A stretch of DNA of 64,000 bases from Myxococcales bacterium (lineage in GTDB: Bacteria; Myxococcota; Myxococcia; Myxococcales; UBA5297): the NCBI GenBank assembly GCA_050288705.1, contig JBNKEI010000207.1, positions 6,701 to 70,700 of the forward strand, read 5' to 3'. Under the pieces are notes generated by a model. That model had not been told where the DNA came from. It made no database searches and saw only the letters and a program-made list of their open reading frames with translations. Position numbers and translations under genes: made by a program. Below are positions 49,285 to 59,037 of this stretch, piece by piece. Positions within the stretch are counted from its first letter, which is position 1. Every line of letters begins with the position of its first letter.

Positions 49285-50124
49285 TCAGCTAATCACGCAC
49301 CTCAACTTCTCTGAGCAGACCAAATATTCATCTCCATTTTCAATCTTACGACGCTTGATTCGTTGCTTATTGAACCAAGTGCCATTGGATGAGTCTAAAT
49401 CTTCCAGGAAGTATTCTCCATCATCTTTTACGATGGCTGCGTGTTCTCGGCTTACCTTTCCACTATTGATGACCAAATCGCAGTGTTTTCCTCGACCAAT
49501 CAAGTACCTGTCCTTGGTAATTTTTTCCAATGCTCCATTTTTTACGACAATATACAGTACCTGATCGTCAGTACTGCAAGAGGCAGGCAAGGAAGGGTCG
49601 GAAGATTCCGAAATCGTTTGGGAGGCTTTTTCTTCAATAAAGCTTTCTAGTTCCGCAGCAGATTTCAGTACTCGTTCGGCTGCCTGCAGATGTTCATGCT
49701 CTGATTCTGAATAGCCAGCGAAATCACCTGATGAGTCGGAAACTAGCAATGCTTTACTGGAAGCTGCAGGGGGAGCATCGGTGAGACCATCATCATCCGC
49801 TAGATGGCTATCGCCAGAATGCATTCCATTAATATCGGTACTAAGAGCCGGTTCTATTCCAGCCACTGGAGTAGGATCTTCTTCGTCTATTGGAGGAGGT
49901 GGCGGTCGAGCAGGTTTTTGATCAGAGAGATCTGCAAACGAGCGGGTTAATCCGTTTCTGCCGGGCACTATAAAACCGTTAAGGCGAGCAAACATAAACA
50001 TTGCTTGATTAATCAGATCATCACGATTGGCGCCCATTTCTAAAGCCATTTGCTCGAAAGTGTCCCAGAGATGATTGGCGACAGAAATGGTTTGAGTAGG
50101 GCGATGTTTACTTGATGATTTCAT
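49285..50124 (-). CDS. ribbon-helix-helix-like N-terminal domain + C-terminal FHA domain protein
   Basis: The N-terminus TQTISVANHLWDTFEQMALEMGANRDDLINQAMFMFARL fits a CopG/Arc RHH pattern. Pro- and acidic-rich linker. C-terminal FHA: YLIGRGKHCDLVINSGKVSREHAAIV...LEDLDSSNGTWFN. Stops 7 bp before the lptD start. Confidence 0.75.
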   Translation of the reverse strand: MKSSSKHRPTQTISVANHLWDTFEQMALEMGANRDDLINQAMFMFARLNGFIVPGRNGLTRSFADLSDQKPARPPPPPIDEEDPTPVAGIEPALSTDINGMHSGDSHLADDDGLTDAPPAASSKALLVSDSSGDFAGYSESEHEHLQAAERVLKSAAELESFIEEKASQTISESSDPSLPASCSTDDQVLYIVVKNGALEKITKDRYLIGRGKHCDLVINSGKVSREHAAIVKDDGEYFLEDLDSSNGTWFNKQRIKRRKIENGDEYLVCSEKLRCVIS

Positions 50125-50276
50125 TTTCTCACCAATGATTAGCTGGACTCTCAATAGTCTACCAGACGAGAAGACTGCACACAATTTACTGTTTTCTCCT
50201 ACTGAACAGATTTTTACGCTTCCGGGAGCATTTATATCAAGTACGATGCGATTATGAAGCTAACCAAAGGCAAAAA

Positions 50277-50771
50277 ATGGACAGCGTGATTTCAATGAAG
50301 AAAAAACCAGAGTTCATAATCGACGTGCAAAACGATCATGCCGAAGGAGTTGGCGCTTCCAGAATGGCTCGACGCATGGCCAAGCGCTTCTTGAGTTTTT
50401 TAGGACTTGATAACATCGAGCTTTCTATTGTGATTACCTCTGATTCCCGCATTCGTGTCTTAAATCACCAGTGGAGAGGAAAAAATGAAGCTACCGACGT
50501 CCTGTCATTTCCTGCTGGTCAAGAGGAAGGGTTTGGCGCAACACGCTTGCTGGGAGACATTGTTATTTCGTTGGACACTGCTAGAAAACAAGCTCACTTC
50601 CAAAAAGTTTCGGTAGAACAAGAACTCGCTCGTTACCTGGCGCACGGATTACTTCACTTGCTAGGGCATGATCATCATCAACCCCAGCAAACGACAATAA
50701 TGGCTAGCTTGGAAGAACAATTGCTGGGCGAAGTTGGTTTGGTAGGAAAAGCTATTTTATCAGAAAGTTAG
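50277..50771 (+). CDS. ybeY: rRNA maturation endoribonuclease YbeY
   Basis: 164 aa. Zinc motif HGLLHLLGHDH and TDVLSFP. Confidence 0.9.
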   Translation: MDSVISMKKKPEFIIDVQNDHAEGVGASRMARRMAKRFLSFLGLDNIELSIVITSDSRIRVLNHQWRGKNEATDVLSFPAGQEEGFGATRLLGDIVISLDTARKQAHFQKVSVEQELARYLAHGLLHLLGHDHHQPQQTTIMASLEEQLLGEVGLVGKAILSES

Positions 50772-51490
50772 AAAGCCATTCCGATTCCGAAATTGAAATA
50801 AGTGTCATAGAAATAACTATGCCGTACCTGAGAAATTTCTAATCTTCCCGCGAGTCCTAAGTGGTCAGACAAATAGAAAACACCCCTTGCTCCCACCGCA
50901 TATACTATTCCCCACTGAAAATCTCGGTATTCCGTGGTGTTGTGAGGAGAGCCTTGGTAAATCGAATCGCTTACTTGGTAGCTTGCTAGAACAAGGGTCA
51001 ATGCAGGGCCAGCTTTTCCATATAATAGCAATTTTCCTAGCGGAAGTCCGAGAAGCAGCGAAGTATGAAAATTATGGTATCGGGTTGCTACTTCTACCAT
51101 TTTAGTTCCGTTAGACGAGTCCATGTAAAGGTAACCAGCTTCCCAGTGTAGGCTTTTTCTCCAATACTCATATTGTGGCGGAAATAGAGAACGCCCCATT
51201 TGCCAAACCAGGCTTCCGCCAAGTGCCAAACGTTGAGAATAGCCGTCATGAACATCCATTAGCGCCAAGCCTACTAGTCCTTCTAATCCTAACCCCAGAC
51301 CGGGATCGGAGAGTCGCGTCCCTGTCTCATCATCGTTAGTGTCAATAGGATTAAGGCCCAGGTTTGGGGAAAACTCCGCAGTTTGATTTCTGTTTGATGC
51401 GTCTGATGCGTCATTGGCGTAAACGCTGGGAAGCGCTGTCGCAAACAGCACTACGCAAAGGATTTGCCTGGACAATTTATTTTCCTTCAC
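50768..51490 (-). CDS. hypothetical outer-membrane beta-barrel protein
   Basis: 240 aa. Signal peptide (…LPSVYA), alternating amphipathic strands, and a C-terminal aromatic residue (GIGMAF). Confidence 0.55.
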   Translation of the reverse strand: MKENKLSRQILCVVLFATALPSVYANDASDASNRNQTAEFSPNLGLNPIDTNDDETGTRLSDPGLGLGLEGLVGLALMDVHDGYSQRLALGGSLVWQMGRSLFPPQYEYWRKSLHWEAGYLYMDSSNGTKMVEVATRYHNFHTSLLLGLPLGKLLLYGKAGPALTLVLASYQVSDSIYQGSPHNTTEYRDFQWGIVYAVGARGVFYLSDHLGLAGRLEISQVRHSYFYDTYFNFGIGMAF

Positions 51491-51502
51491 AGTTCAAGAC
51501 GA

Positions 51503-51970
51503 TCAAAGATTTACCATAGCGCCACCACGAATCATCAAAGTGGTCCCTCCGGCATTTGGTTTTAAACGTGGCTCGCCGGTTCCTTCAAAAAAGATTCCCG
51601 CTGTATTGAGAAGTGAAAGCTGCCACCCTCCGCCAAAAATCAATGAGTGGGTAGCTTCTCCTTCGCTTCCTAAATTGCCAATTCCGTATCCTAAGCGACC
51701 ATACAGCCCGATTACGGGGACGAATAGTTTTACTCCGGGGCGAAAAGCAAAAACTCGCTCAGGAGAGATTTGTGCTTCGAATGGCAATTCGAAACGTAAA
51801 AGTGTGCTTTCTATGAAAGGCGAAAGCTCCAATGCGCTGCGAAAGTGCGCATCGCTTTTGCCGATATTTGCTTTACCTATGCCTGCGGAGATGGAGAGCC
51901 CCAACCCGTATACAGTGGTCATTGGTAGCGTCATGGTGGCAATTAGCAATATCCGTAATATTGGTTTCAT
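51503..51970 (-). CDS. hypothetical small outer-membrane beta-barrel-like protein
   Basis: About 155 aa from ATG 51970 (MKPILRILLIATMTLPMTTVYG signal). Gly/aromatic-rich strands. In tandem with the previous gene. Confidence 0.5.
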   Translation of the reverse strand: MKPILRILLIATMTLPMTTVYGLGLSISAGIGKANIGKSDAHFRSALELSPFIESTLLRFELPFEAQISPERVFAFRPGVKLFVPVIGLYGRLGYGIGNLGSEGEATHSLIFGGGWQLSLLNTAGIFFEGTGEPRLKPNAGGTTLMIRGGAMVNL

Positions 51971-52037
51971 AAGATTTCCGTTTTTTTTCTGAAATACCTC
52001 GAGCTTCAATATTGCATAGGTAGTTAATGTTCAACAA

Positions 52038-53651
52038 CTACCTCGAAAGCTTTAAGGCAGTTGGAGCGGTATCAAGGAAGACTAGCTTGGGAAAGTGTTC
52101 GCGGGTCCATTGGAAAGCCCAATCACTGCGAAATAAGATCACTGCCCGGCCGTCGCGATCTTCTACACAGGCTGCACTATCATTGCGTTCGATTTCCTTT
52201 GGATTGTAATCTTCTCCCTGTACCCACCGGGCATAGATAAAAGGAAGATGGTCAAGTATAGGTGGTGCTCCGTACTCGTGCTCCAAGCGAAATTTGAGCA
52301 CATCAAATTGAAGCTGACCCACTGCTCCGACGTAAGGGTCACGGTCTCGCAGTCCTAACTGATGAAAAACCTGGATGGCGCCTTCTTGGCCAAGCTCTTC
52401 CAAGCCTTTTTTTAATTGTTTTCGCTTGAGCGCATCTTTAACCCGCACGCAAGCAAAGTGTTCGGGAGAGAAGTGCGGAATTTCGCCAAATTCAAATGAT
52501 TCCCCGGGAGAAATCAAGGTGTCTCCAATACGAAAATGGCCAGGATCAAATAGACCCACAATGTCTCCGGCAAATGCTTCTTCAATATGCACTCTTTCTT
52601 GAGCCATGAATTGCTGGGGATTAGCAAGTCGAATATCTCTATTCATGCGCACATGCCGCACCGTCATACCTTTTGAAAAACGGCCGGAACATATCCTCAT
52701 AAATGCAATTCGGTCGCGATGTGCCGGGTCCATATTGGCTTGGATTTTAAAAATAAACCCAGAAAACCGAGGGTTTGCTGGCTCCAAATTTCCCTGGGTA
52801 GTAGGAAAACCCGAAGGGGGAGGTGCCATTTCCAAAAAGCCTTCTAGGAAGGGGCGGACGCCAAAATTTGTCATGGCACTGCCAAAAAACACCGGGGTAA
52901 GCTCGCCCTTTAGAAATCGTTCTTTTTGAAATGGATCGCCAGCGACGTCCAATAAATTTAACTCTTCCATCAGTGTAGAATGGGCGTTTTCCCCAATTAG
53001 TTCTCGAACTTGATGGTCATCGGCTCCACTGACTTTCATTGAAGCGATTTTTGTGCCATGTTTAGCGTTTTCGAAGAGCAAGAAATGTTTTTTGTGTCGA
53101 TCAAATACTCCTCGAAAAGAATTTCCTGATCCTACCGGCCAATTAAATGGTGTGGATCGTATACCCAAGACCTCTTCAATTTCGTCGAGTAATTCCAGGG
53201 GAGAGCGAATTTCGCGGTCGAGTTTGTTTACAAAAGTAACAATAGGTATTCCTCTTTGGCGACATACTTTGAAGAGTTTTCTGGTTTGTGCTTCTACTCC
53301 TTTGGCGCCATCAATAAGCATGACCGCAGCGTCGGTAGCTGCCAGAGTACGGTAAGTGTCTTCAGAAAAATCTTGGTGTCCTGGGGTATCAAGTAGATTA
53401 ATAGCAAAGTCGCCATACTCGAATTGCAAGACCGAGCTGGTAACCGAAATGCCTCTTTGGCGTTCAAGCTCCATCCAATCGGATGTAGCGTAGCGACTAG
53501 CACGCCTCGCTTTAACCGAGCCTGCTAAATGAATTGCCCCTCCGTACAGGAGAAGCTTCTCAGTTAGAGTTGTTTTGCCCGCGTCAGGATGCGAAATTAT
53601 TGCGAAAGTTCTACGTTTTTGGATGTTTCGGTCAAGAGTTGGATCAAGCAT
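52038..53651 (-). CDS. prfC: peptide chain release factor 3
   Basis: 537 aa. RRTFAIISHPDAGKTTLTEKLL and DTPGHQDF match the full-length RF3 GTPase pattern. Confidence 0.95.
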   Translation of the reverse strand: MLDPTLDRNIQKRRTFAIISHPDAGKTTLTEKLLLYGGAIHLAGSVKARRASRYATSDWMELERQRGISVTSSVLQFEYGDFAINLLDTPGHQDFSEDTYRTLAATDAAVMLIDGAKGVEAQTRKLFKVCRQRGIPIVTFVNKLDREIRSPLELLDEIEEVLGIRSTPFNWPVGSGNSFRGVFDRHKKHFLLFENAKHGTKIASMKVSGADDHQVRELIGENAHSTLMEELNLLDVAGDPFQKERFLKGELTPVFFGSAMTNFGVRPFLEGFLEMAPPPSGFPTTQGNLEPANPRFSGFIFKIQANMDPAHRDRIAFMRICSGRFSKGMTVRHVRMNRDIRLANPQQFMAQERVHIEEAFAGDIVGLFDPGHFRIGDTLISPGESFEFGEIPHFSPEHFACVRVKDALKRKQLKKGLEELGQEGAIQVFHQLGLRDRDPYVGAVGQLQFDVLKFRLEHEYGAPPILDHLPFIYARWVQGEDYNPKEIERNDSAACVEDRDGRAVILFRSDWAFQWTREHFPKLVFLDTAPTALKLSR

Positions 53652-53830
53652 TGGTTGGTCAACTTTCTGTATTGCTCGTAACTCCCTGGCTTACAGTCTG
53701 AGAGAAGAAGGTAAAAATGTGCAAACTACCTTACTGCACGACACTTCAGCAAGGTTACCTTGACACCTATGGTGATGGTCGTTAGGGTGCCGGCCTGTTC
53801 AGCATAGGAATTATTGAAATCGGAGGAAGC

Positions 53831-55189
53831 ATGCGCGCTGATTGGATTGCCAGAAGACGGGAAGACAGGATCGTTACGCAAATGAGTTATGCGCGCCGTG
53901 GTATGGTCACGGAAGAAATGCAGTATGTGGCTCAGCAGGAAGGCCTAGAACCAGAGCTAGTACGCGATGAAGTAGCACGGGGAAGAATGATTATTCCCGC
54001 TAATATTCGTCACCCCGAGCTTGCCCCTATCGGCATCGGGATTCAAACGCGTTGCAAAGTAAATGCTAATATTGGCAACTCTTCTGTCCATTCGGATTTA
54101 TGTGCGGAATTGCGTAAGCTCGATTTGTCACTGCAGTTTGGGGCAGATACTGTGATGGATCTCTCTTCAGGTGGCGACATCCCCCTTATTAGAGAAACCA
54201 TTATACGTCACTCGAAAGTCCCGGTAGGAACGGTTCCTATTTACGAAGCCGTAGCCCGAGTTGAAAAGGTAGAGGATCTGACTGCTAAGGACTTTCTTGC
54301 AGTTATTGAGGAACAAGCAAAACAAGGGGTCGATTACATGACCATCCATGCTGGCTTGTTGCATAGTCATATCGAGCTGGCTAGGAAGCGCCTAACTGGC
54401 ATTGTCAGTCGAGGTGGAGCGTTGTTGGCGCAATGGATGTTAGCCCACAATGAAGAAAACCCCCTGTACACCAACTTTGATCGCATCTGCGAGATTTTTC
54501 AGCGCTACGATGTTGCTTTTTCCTTAGGAGACGGCTTGCGCCCTGGATGCGTGGCTGATGCTTCTGATGAAGCGCAATTTGCCGAGCTAACCACTCTGGG
54601 AGATCTTACTCGGCGGGCTTGGAAGTATGAAGTTCAAACCATGGTAGAGGGGCCAGGACATATTCCTTTTAATCAGATAGAAATGAATATTCGCCGCCAA
54701 ATCGAGCTCTGCGATGAAGCTCCTTTTTACGTGCTGGGGCCAATTGTAACCGACATCGCTCCGGGATACGACCATATTACTAGTGCCATTGGTGCCACTG
54801 CAGCGGCAACCGCAGGCGCCGCCATGCTTTGTTATGTTACTCCGAGAGAGCATTTAGGGCTTCCTACCCCCGAAGACGTAAAGCAAGGTCTGATTGCCTA
54901 TCGGATAGCCGCGCATGCTGCTGATGTAGCCCGCAATCGGAAAGGCGCCCGTGACTGGGACGATGCTCTGTCGCGCGCGCGATTCGCTTTCGATTGGGAA
55001 AAAACCTTTAAATTGGCTCTTGACCCTGAGACAGCTCGACGCATGCACAACGAGGTGTTGCCTTCTGCGCTCAAAAATTCTGAGTTTTGCTCCATGTGTG
55101 GACCCAAGTTCTGTTCCATGAGAGTAAGCCGCAATGCAGACGCGAGGGGTATTGGCTGGTCGCCAGCAAGAGAGCGAGAAGAAACTTGA
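53831..55189 (+). CDS. thiC: phosphomethylpyrimidine synthase
   Basis: 452 aa. [27 protein letters not shown], and the C-terminal [11 protein letters not shown] radical-SAM cluster motif. Confidence 0.95.
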   Translation: MRADWIARRREDRIVTQMSYARRGMVTEEMQYVAQQEGLEPELVRDEVARGRMIIPANIRHPELAPIGIGIQTRCKVNANIGNSSVHSDLCAELRKLDLSLQFGADTVMDLSSGGDIPLIRETIIRHSKVPVGTVPIYEAVARVEKVEDLTAKDFLAVIEEQAKQGVDYMTIHAGLLHSHIELARKRLTGIVSRGGALLAQWMLAHNEENPLYTNFDRICEIFQRYDVAFSLGDGLRPGCVADASDEAQFAELTTLGDLTRRAWKYEVQTMVEGPGHIPFNQIEMNIRRQIELCDEAPFYVLGPIVTDIAPGYDHITSAIGATAAATAGAAMLCYVTPREHLGLPTPEDVKQGLIAYRIAAHAADVARNRKGARDWDDALSRARFAFDWEKTFKLALDPETARRMHNEVLPSALKNSEFCSMCGPKFCSMRVSRNADARGIGWSPAREREET

Positions 55190-55318
55190 CGTTGGCGACT
55201 TTCGCATCCCGCTGATGAGTCGGATTTTGAAAACTGCTAGCTCTGCGTTCTCTAGTTTTGCGTTCGGACGTTCGGATGATGGGCCGCTCTATTTTCTTTT
55301 CGCTGTTATTATTGAATC

Positions 55319-55810
55319 ATGACTATCTGCCCCCTATGCGGAAACGCCCAAGAGCGAGATGATTGCGAAGTCTGCGGAAAACGACTTACTAATGTTCATG
55401 CTAAAACCGAGATTTACCAGACTATGCCCGAGCTGGAACCCACTCTTCACCAAGAAAGCCCAAATTGGGAAGTGCAGCGCCTGAAAGTAATCGAGGATCA
55501 CTGTACGCAAAAAGTAGAGGCAGTTTCTTTTACAATGCCGGGCTTGCTTACTCATGCTGGTTGGGCGCAACCGTTGGTTAGCAGTCCAATGCCCAAGCAG
55601 ATGACTTGTCGGTATTGTGGTCAGGCGCAAGAAAATGCGCGGTTATGCCAAAAATGTGGACGCGCACTTCCTTTATGGACTGCGAAAGAGGTTTCTTCGA
55701 CGTTTTCCGACACTGTTCCCCTAATTACCTGCGGCAACTGCGGCGTACCTACTCCTCCTGGCCGTTGTCGGGACTGCGGTGCAGTAAACTCCTACCCAGA
55801 TATCGAATAG
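55319..55810 (+). CDS. hypothetical protein with three CxxC-x(n)-CxxC zinc-ribbon units
   Basis: 163 aa. The three units are CPLCGN...CEVCG, CRYCGQ...CQKCG and CGNCG...CRDCG. No other motif recognised. Confidence 0.6.
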   Translation: MTICPLCGNAQERDDCEVCGKRLTNVHAKTEIYQTMPELEPTLHQESPNWEVQRLKVIEDHCTQKVEAVSFTMPGLLTHAGWAQPLVSSPMPKQMTCRYCGQAQENARLCQKCGRALPLWTAKEVSSTFSDTVPLITCGNCGVPTPPGRCRDCGAVNSYPDIE

Positions 55811-55945
55811 TTTTGTAATCGCAGTAAGGGGTTGCTTCTTTGGAATGTCGATACTTCTAGGCGGCAGATTTTTAAGCTGGCACAATGGCAAATTTAGTGA
55901 GCTAGTGTAATCTTTGGAAATAGCATTTCATAAGGAGAGCAAGCG

Positions 55946-56206
55946 GTGCTGCCGCATCTTGATTATAAGTGGATAGTAGTAGGTGTCTTGTTTGGACTGC
56001 TGGTTCTAGTGAAGTTGTTGGCTGGTGGACGTCCATTTGATAAGCCAGTTAGGCGTACGCGTAGATTTGGACCGCGGGCCGAGCGTCTTTACTTGGGGTC
56101 ACTTGAACCGATGGATTCGCCTCCCGAACGGTCAACTCATTCGTCAGCTACGCTTGGTGAACCCCCTTTGCCCGATCCCGAAAAAGAATTTTTCCGAGAT
56201 TCCTAG
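55946..56206 (+). CDS. hypothetical small single-pass membrane protein
   Basis: 86 aa. GTG start with AAGGAG 8 nt upstream and one TM segment (WIVVGVLFGLLVLVKLLA). A hairpin GGTAGC/GCTACC (56210-56236) follows the stop. Confidence 0.4.
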   Translation: MLPHLDYKWIVVGVLFGLLVLVKLLAGGRPFDKPVRRTRRFGPRAERLYLGSLEPMDSPPERSTHSSATLGEPPLPDPEKEFFRDS

Positions 56207-56286
56207 TATGGTAGCGGCTCTTGTAAATCAGCTACCGTTTTAATGTAATTCTCTTGCTCTGCCCTGTAAGGGCCGGAAATTAAGCC

Positions 56287-58971
56287 ATGACGAAACGTAG
56301 CGCATCCGAAATTCGCGAAATATTTCTTTCATTCTTTGAACAAAAGGGGCATTTCCGAGCAGCTTCTTCTCCGCTGGTTCCCCAAAACGACCCTTCTCTG
56401 CTCTTTACTAATGCGGGAATGAACCAATTTAAAGACACATTTACCGGTCGGGAAAAGCGTGACTACTCGCGCGCGTGCAGTTCCCAAAAATGTGTTCGTG
56501 CCGGCGGAAAGCATAACGATTTAGATAACGTAGGCTATACTGCTCGTCACCATACATTTTTTGAAATGTTAGGAAACTTTTCTTTTGGAGATTACTTCAA
56601 AAAAGAAGCCATTGCATATGCTTGGGAATTAATAACCAGCCCTCAGTGGCTAGGCATCGACCCCAGTATCTTGGCAATTACAATTTTTGAAGGAGACGGT
56701 GGTATTCCTGCTGACGAAGAAGCGGCGAGTTTTTGGCGAGAGCAGGGTGTACGCGAAGAACGCATTTTCCGCTTAGGTAAAAAAGACAATTTTTGGCAAA
56801 TGGGGGACACCGGGCCCTGCGGGCCTTGCTCAGAGATTCATATTTACCGCGGACCGAGAGCAGAGCTCGCGGATATTGACGCGCATGCACGAAAGTTCTT
56901 TCTAGAAAACGCCATTGCCGATTCCGACAGTTGGATGGAAATATGGAATTTAGTTTTCATGCAATTTGAAATGGCCAAAAATGGTTCGCTTTCGCCGCTT
57001 CCTTCTCCTTCAATTGATACAGGCGCGGGTTTAGAACGATTATGCGCAGTAGTCCAAGAGGTCGAATCTAATTACGATACTGATTTAATGCTTTCGATTA
57101 TCGGTCGCATTGAAAAACTAATTGGTAAGACTTACCAAAGCTCGGTTTCTGTTGATGATGTAGCTATGAGAGTGATTGCCGATCACGCACGAGCGACTGC
57201 ATTCCTAGTAGCTGACGGAGTTTTGCCTTCCAATGAGGGTCGGGGATATGTATTACGGCGAATTTTGCGTCGTGCCATTCGCTATGGATCGCGATTAGGT
57301 TTTGAAGAACCATTTTTTTATGAAATTACTGACGAAGTGATTTCTCAAATGGGAGGATTTTATTCGGAGTTAATAACTCATCGTTCAACTATTCTTGAAT
57401 TCGCAAAAATGGAAGAAGTAAACTTTCGCCGCACTCTCGATAAAGGAATGCGTCTGCTTTCCGAAGCCATGGCAAAGGTTGAAATAGAAGGAAAACAAGA
57501 AATTCCCTCGGAAACGGTATTCTTCTTGTACGATACTCACGGATTTCCTGCTGACCTTACGCGTATTGTGGCTGCAGAGCGTAACTTGAAAGTCGACGAA
57601 AAAGCTTTTGAAGAATACAAAGCGGCACGGGTGGCTAATAGCCGTTTTGTGAATACTGCGGAACAATCTATTGCTGATGTATATCATCAAATACGCAATG
57701 AAATTGGTAACAGCGAGTTTTTGGGTTATGAAAGTATTTCTTCATCAGGAACCATTCGGGCATTAATCGCCCATGGAAAACGGGTGAGCACGGTTTCTGC
57801 CAGTGAAGAATCGGTAGAGGTAATTTGCGATCGCACTTCTTTCTACGGAGAATCCGGAGGACAAGTAGGAGATACAGGTGTTATTCAATGTGACGACCTA
57901 ATGATAGAAGTGCATGACACTATTAAACCAGTGGGAGGGATGATTGTTCATCGTGGAATAGTAAAAAAAGGTGTCTGCGAAGTAGGATGTAGAGTGCACT
58001 TGCAGGTTAATGCTGAGCGTCGCCAATCTATTCGTCTCAACCATTCAGCCACTCACCTCTTGCATCATGTATTAAGATCGGTTCTCGGCGACCATGTAAA
58101 ACAGGCCGGTTCTAAAGTAAGTCCCGATGGATTTCGATTTGATTACACTCATTTTTCTGCTCTTTCATTAGAACAGATAGTCGTCATTGAAGAAAAAGCG
58201 AATTCATTGATTCGCCAAAATATTTCTCAACAAGGCAAAGTAGTTACTATGGAGGAGGCGCGCCAAGAGGGGGCTACCATGCTTTTTGGAGAAAAGTATG
58301 GTGAAAAAGTGCGTATGGTTCGTTTTGGTCCTTCATTGGAGCTGTGTGGAGGAGTTCATGCAGACCATACCGGAGATATTGGCGCTTTCTTAATTGTAAG
58401 CGATGAGTCGTTAGCGGCGGGAGTTCGACGCATGGTCGGAGTAACCGGAGCTGAGGCCATTCGTCGCATGCAAGAGCAGCGTAGAAGTATACGTTCCATT
58501 TCCGATCAGCTACGCACTACCCCCGAAATGGCGGAAAAAGCCATTGAAAAACTAGTAGCTAATTTAAAACGCGCCGAAAAAGAGCTCGATCGACTTAAAA
58601 AACAGGGTTCTATCCTGGAAGCAGATGATTTGGCAAAAAGAGCGCGGGAAATAAGAGGAATTCAAGTGATTACCGCGCGTATCGATCCGGCAGATATTGA
58701 TCAGTTTCGTATTGCTGCTGACAAATTACGTGATCGCTTAAAAACCTCGCTAATTGTTTTAGGTGGTGAAAGGGAAGGAAAAGCAATATTGCTAGCAGCG
58801 GCATCTAAAAACGCGGTTGCTCAGGGAATTAAGGCTGGAGACTTGATTCGTGATGTTGCAAAAGAAGTAGGCGGCCGTGGTGGTGGAAAAGCTGATTTGG
58901 GGCAGGCTGGCGGTCTAGAAGTATCCAAAATTGATCGTGCTCTAGAAAGGGTCTACGAGCTTCTGGCCTAA
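56287..58971 (+). CDS. alaS: alanine--tRNA ligase
   Basis: 894 aa. FTNAGMNQFK and HHTFFEMLGNFSFGDYFK, editing-domain HxxxH (HSATHLLHH), and a C-terminal DHHA1 domain. Confidence 0.95.
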   Translation: MTKRSASEIREIFLSFFEQKGHFRAASSPLVPQNDPSLLFTNAGMNQFKDTFTGREKRDYSRACSSQKCVRAGGKHNDLDNVGYTARHHTFFEMLGNFSFGDYFKKEAIAYAWELITSPQWLGIDPSILAITIFEGDGGIPADEEAASFWREQGVREERIFRLGKKDNFWQMGDTGPCGPCSEIHIYRGPRAELADIDAHARKFFLENAIADSDSWMEIWNLVFMQFEMAKNGSLSPLPSPSIDTGAGLERLCAVVQEVESNYDTDLMLSIIGRIEKLIGKTYQSSVSVDDVAMRVIADHARATAFLVADGVLPSNEGRGYVLRRILRRAIRYGSRLGFEEPFFYEITDEVISQMGGFYSELITHRSTILEFAKMEEVNFRRTLDKGMRLLSEAMAKVEIEGKQEIPSETVFFLYDTHGFPADLTRIVAAERNLKVDEKAFEEYKAARVANSRFVNTAEQSIADVYHQIRNEIGNSEFLGYESISSSGTIRALIAHGKRVSTVSASEESVEVICDRTSFYGESGGQVGDTGVIQCDDLMIEVHDTIKPVGGMIVHRGIVKKGVCEVGCRVHLQVNAERRQSIRLNHSATHLLHHVLRSVLGDHVKQAGSKVSPDGFRFDYTHFSALSLEQIVVIEEKANSLIRQNISQQGKVVTMEEARQEGATMLFGEKYGEKVRMVRFGPSLELCGGVHADHTGDIGAFLIVSDESLAAGVRRMVGVTGAEAIRRMQEQRRSIRSISDQLRTTPEMAEKAIEKLVANLKRAEKELDRLKKQGSILEADDLAKRAREIRGIQVITARIDPADIDQFRIAADKLRDRLKTSLIVLGGEREGKAILLAAASKNAVAQGIKAGDLIRDVAKEVGGRGGGKADLGQAGGLEVSKIDRALERVYELLA

Positions 58972-59037
58972 GGCTGCCCGAGACAGACTCGACAGCGTGT
59001 CTTGCGGTTAGTGGGTACAGGATTACCAGGTGGCTAC

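Noticed and set aside
53831-53870. The sequence GCTGATTGGATTGCCAGAAGACGGGAA resembles the 3' half of a THI-box (CCTGATCTGGATAATGCCAGCGTAGGGA).
   Set aside because: It lies inside the thiC coding sequence and encodes the N-terminal residues [11 protein letters not shown]. It is not preceded by the GGGGTGC/CTGAGA/ACCC elements at the right distance. I judged it a coincidental resemblance.
55878-55892. TGGCAC motif upstream of the 86 aa ORF, considered as a sigma-54 promoter (-24 element).
   Set aside because: The following sequence is AATGGCAAAT. The GC of a -12 element would be only about 7 nt after the GG, instead of about 10, and there is no TTGC(A/T). The spacing and -12 box do not fit the consensus.
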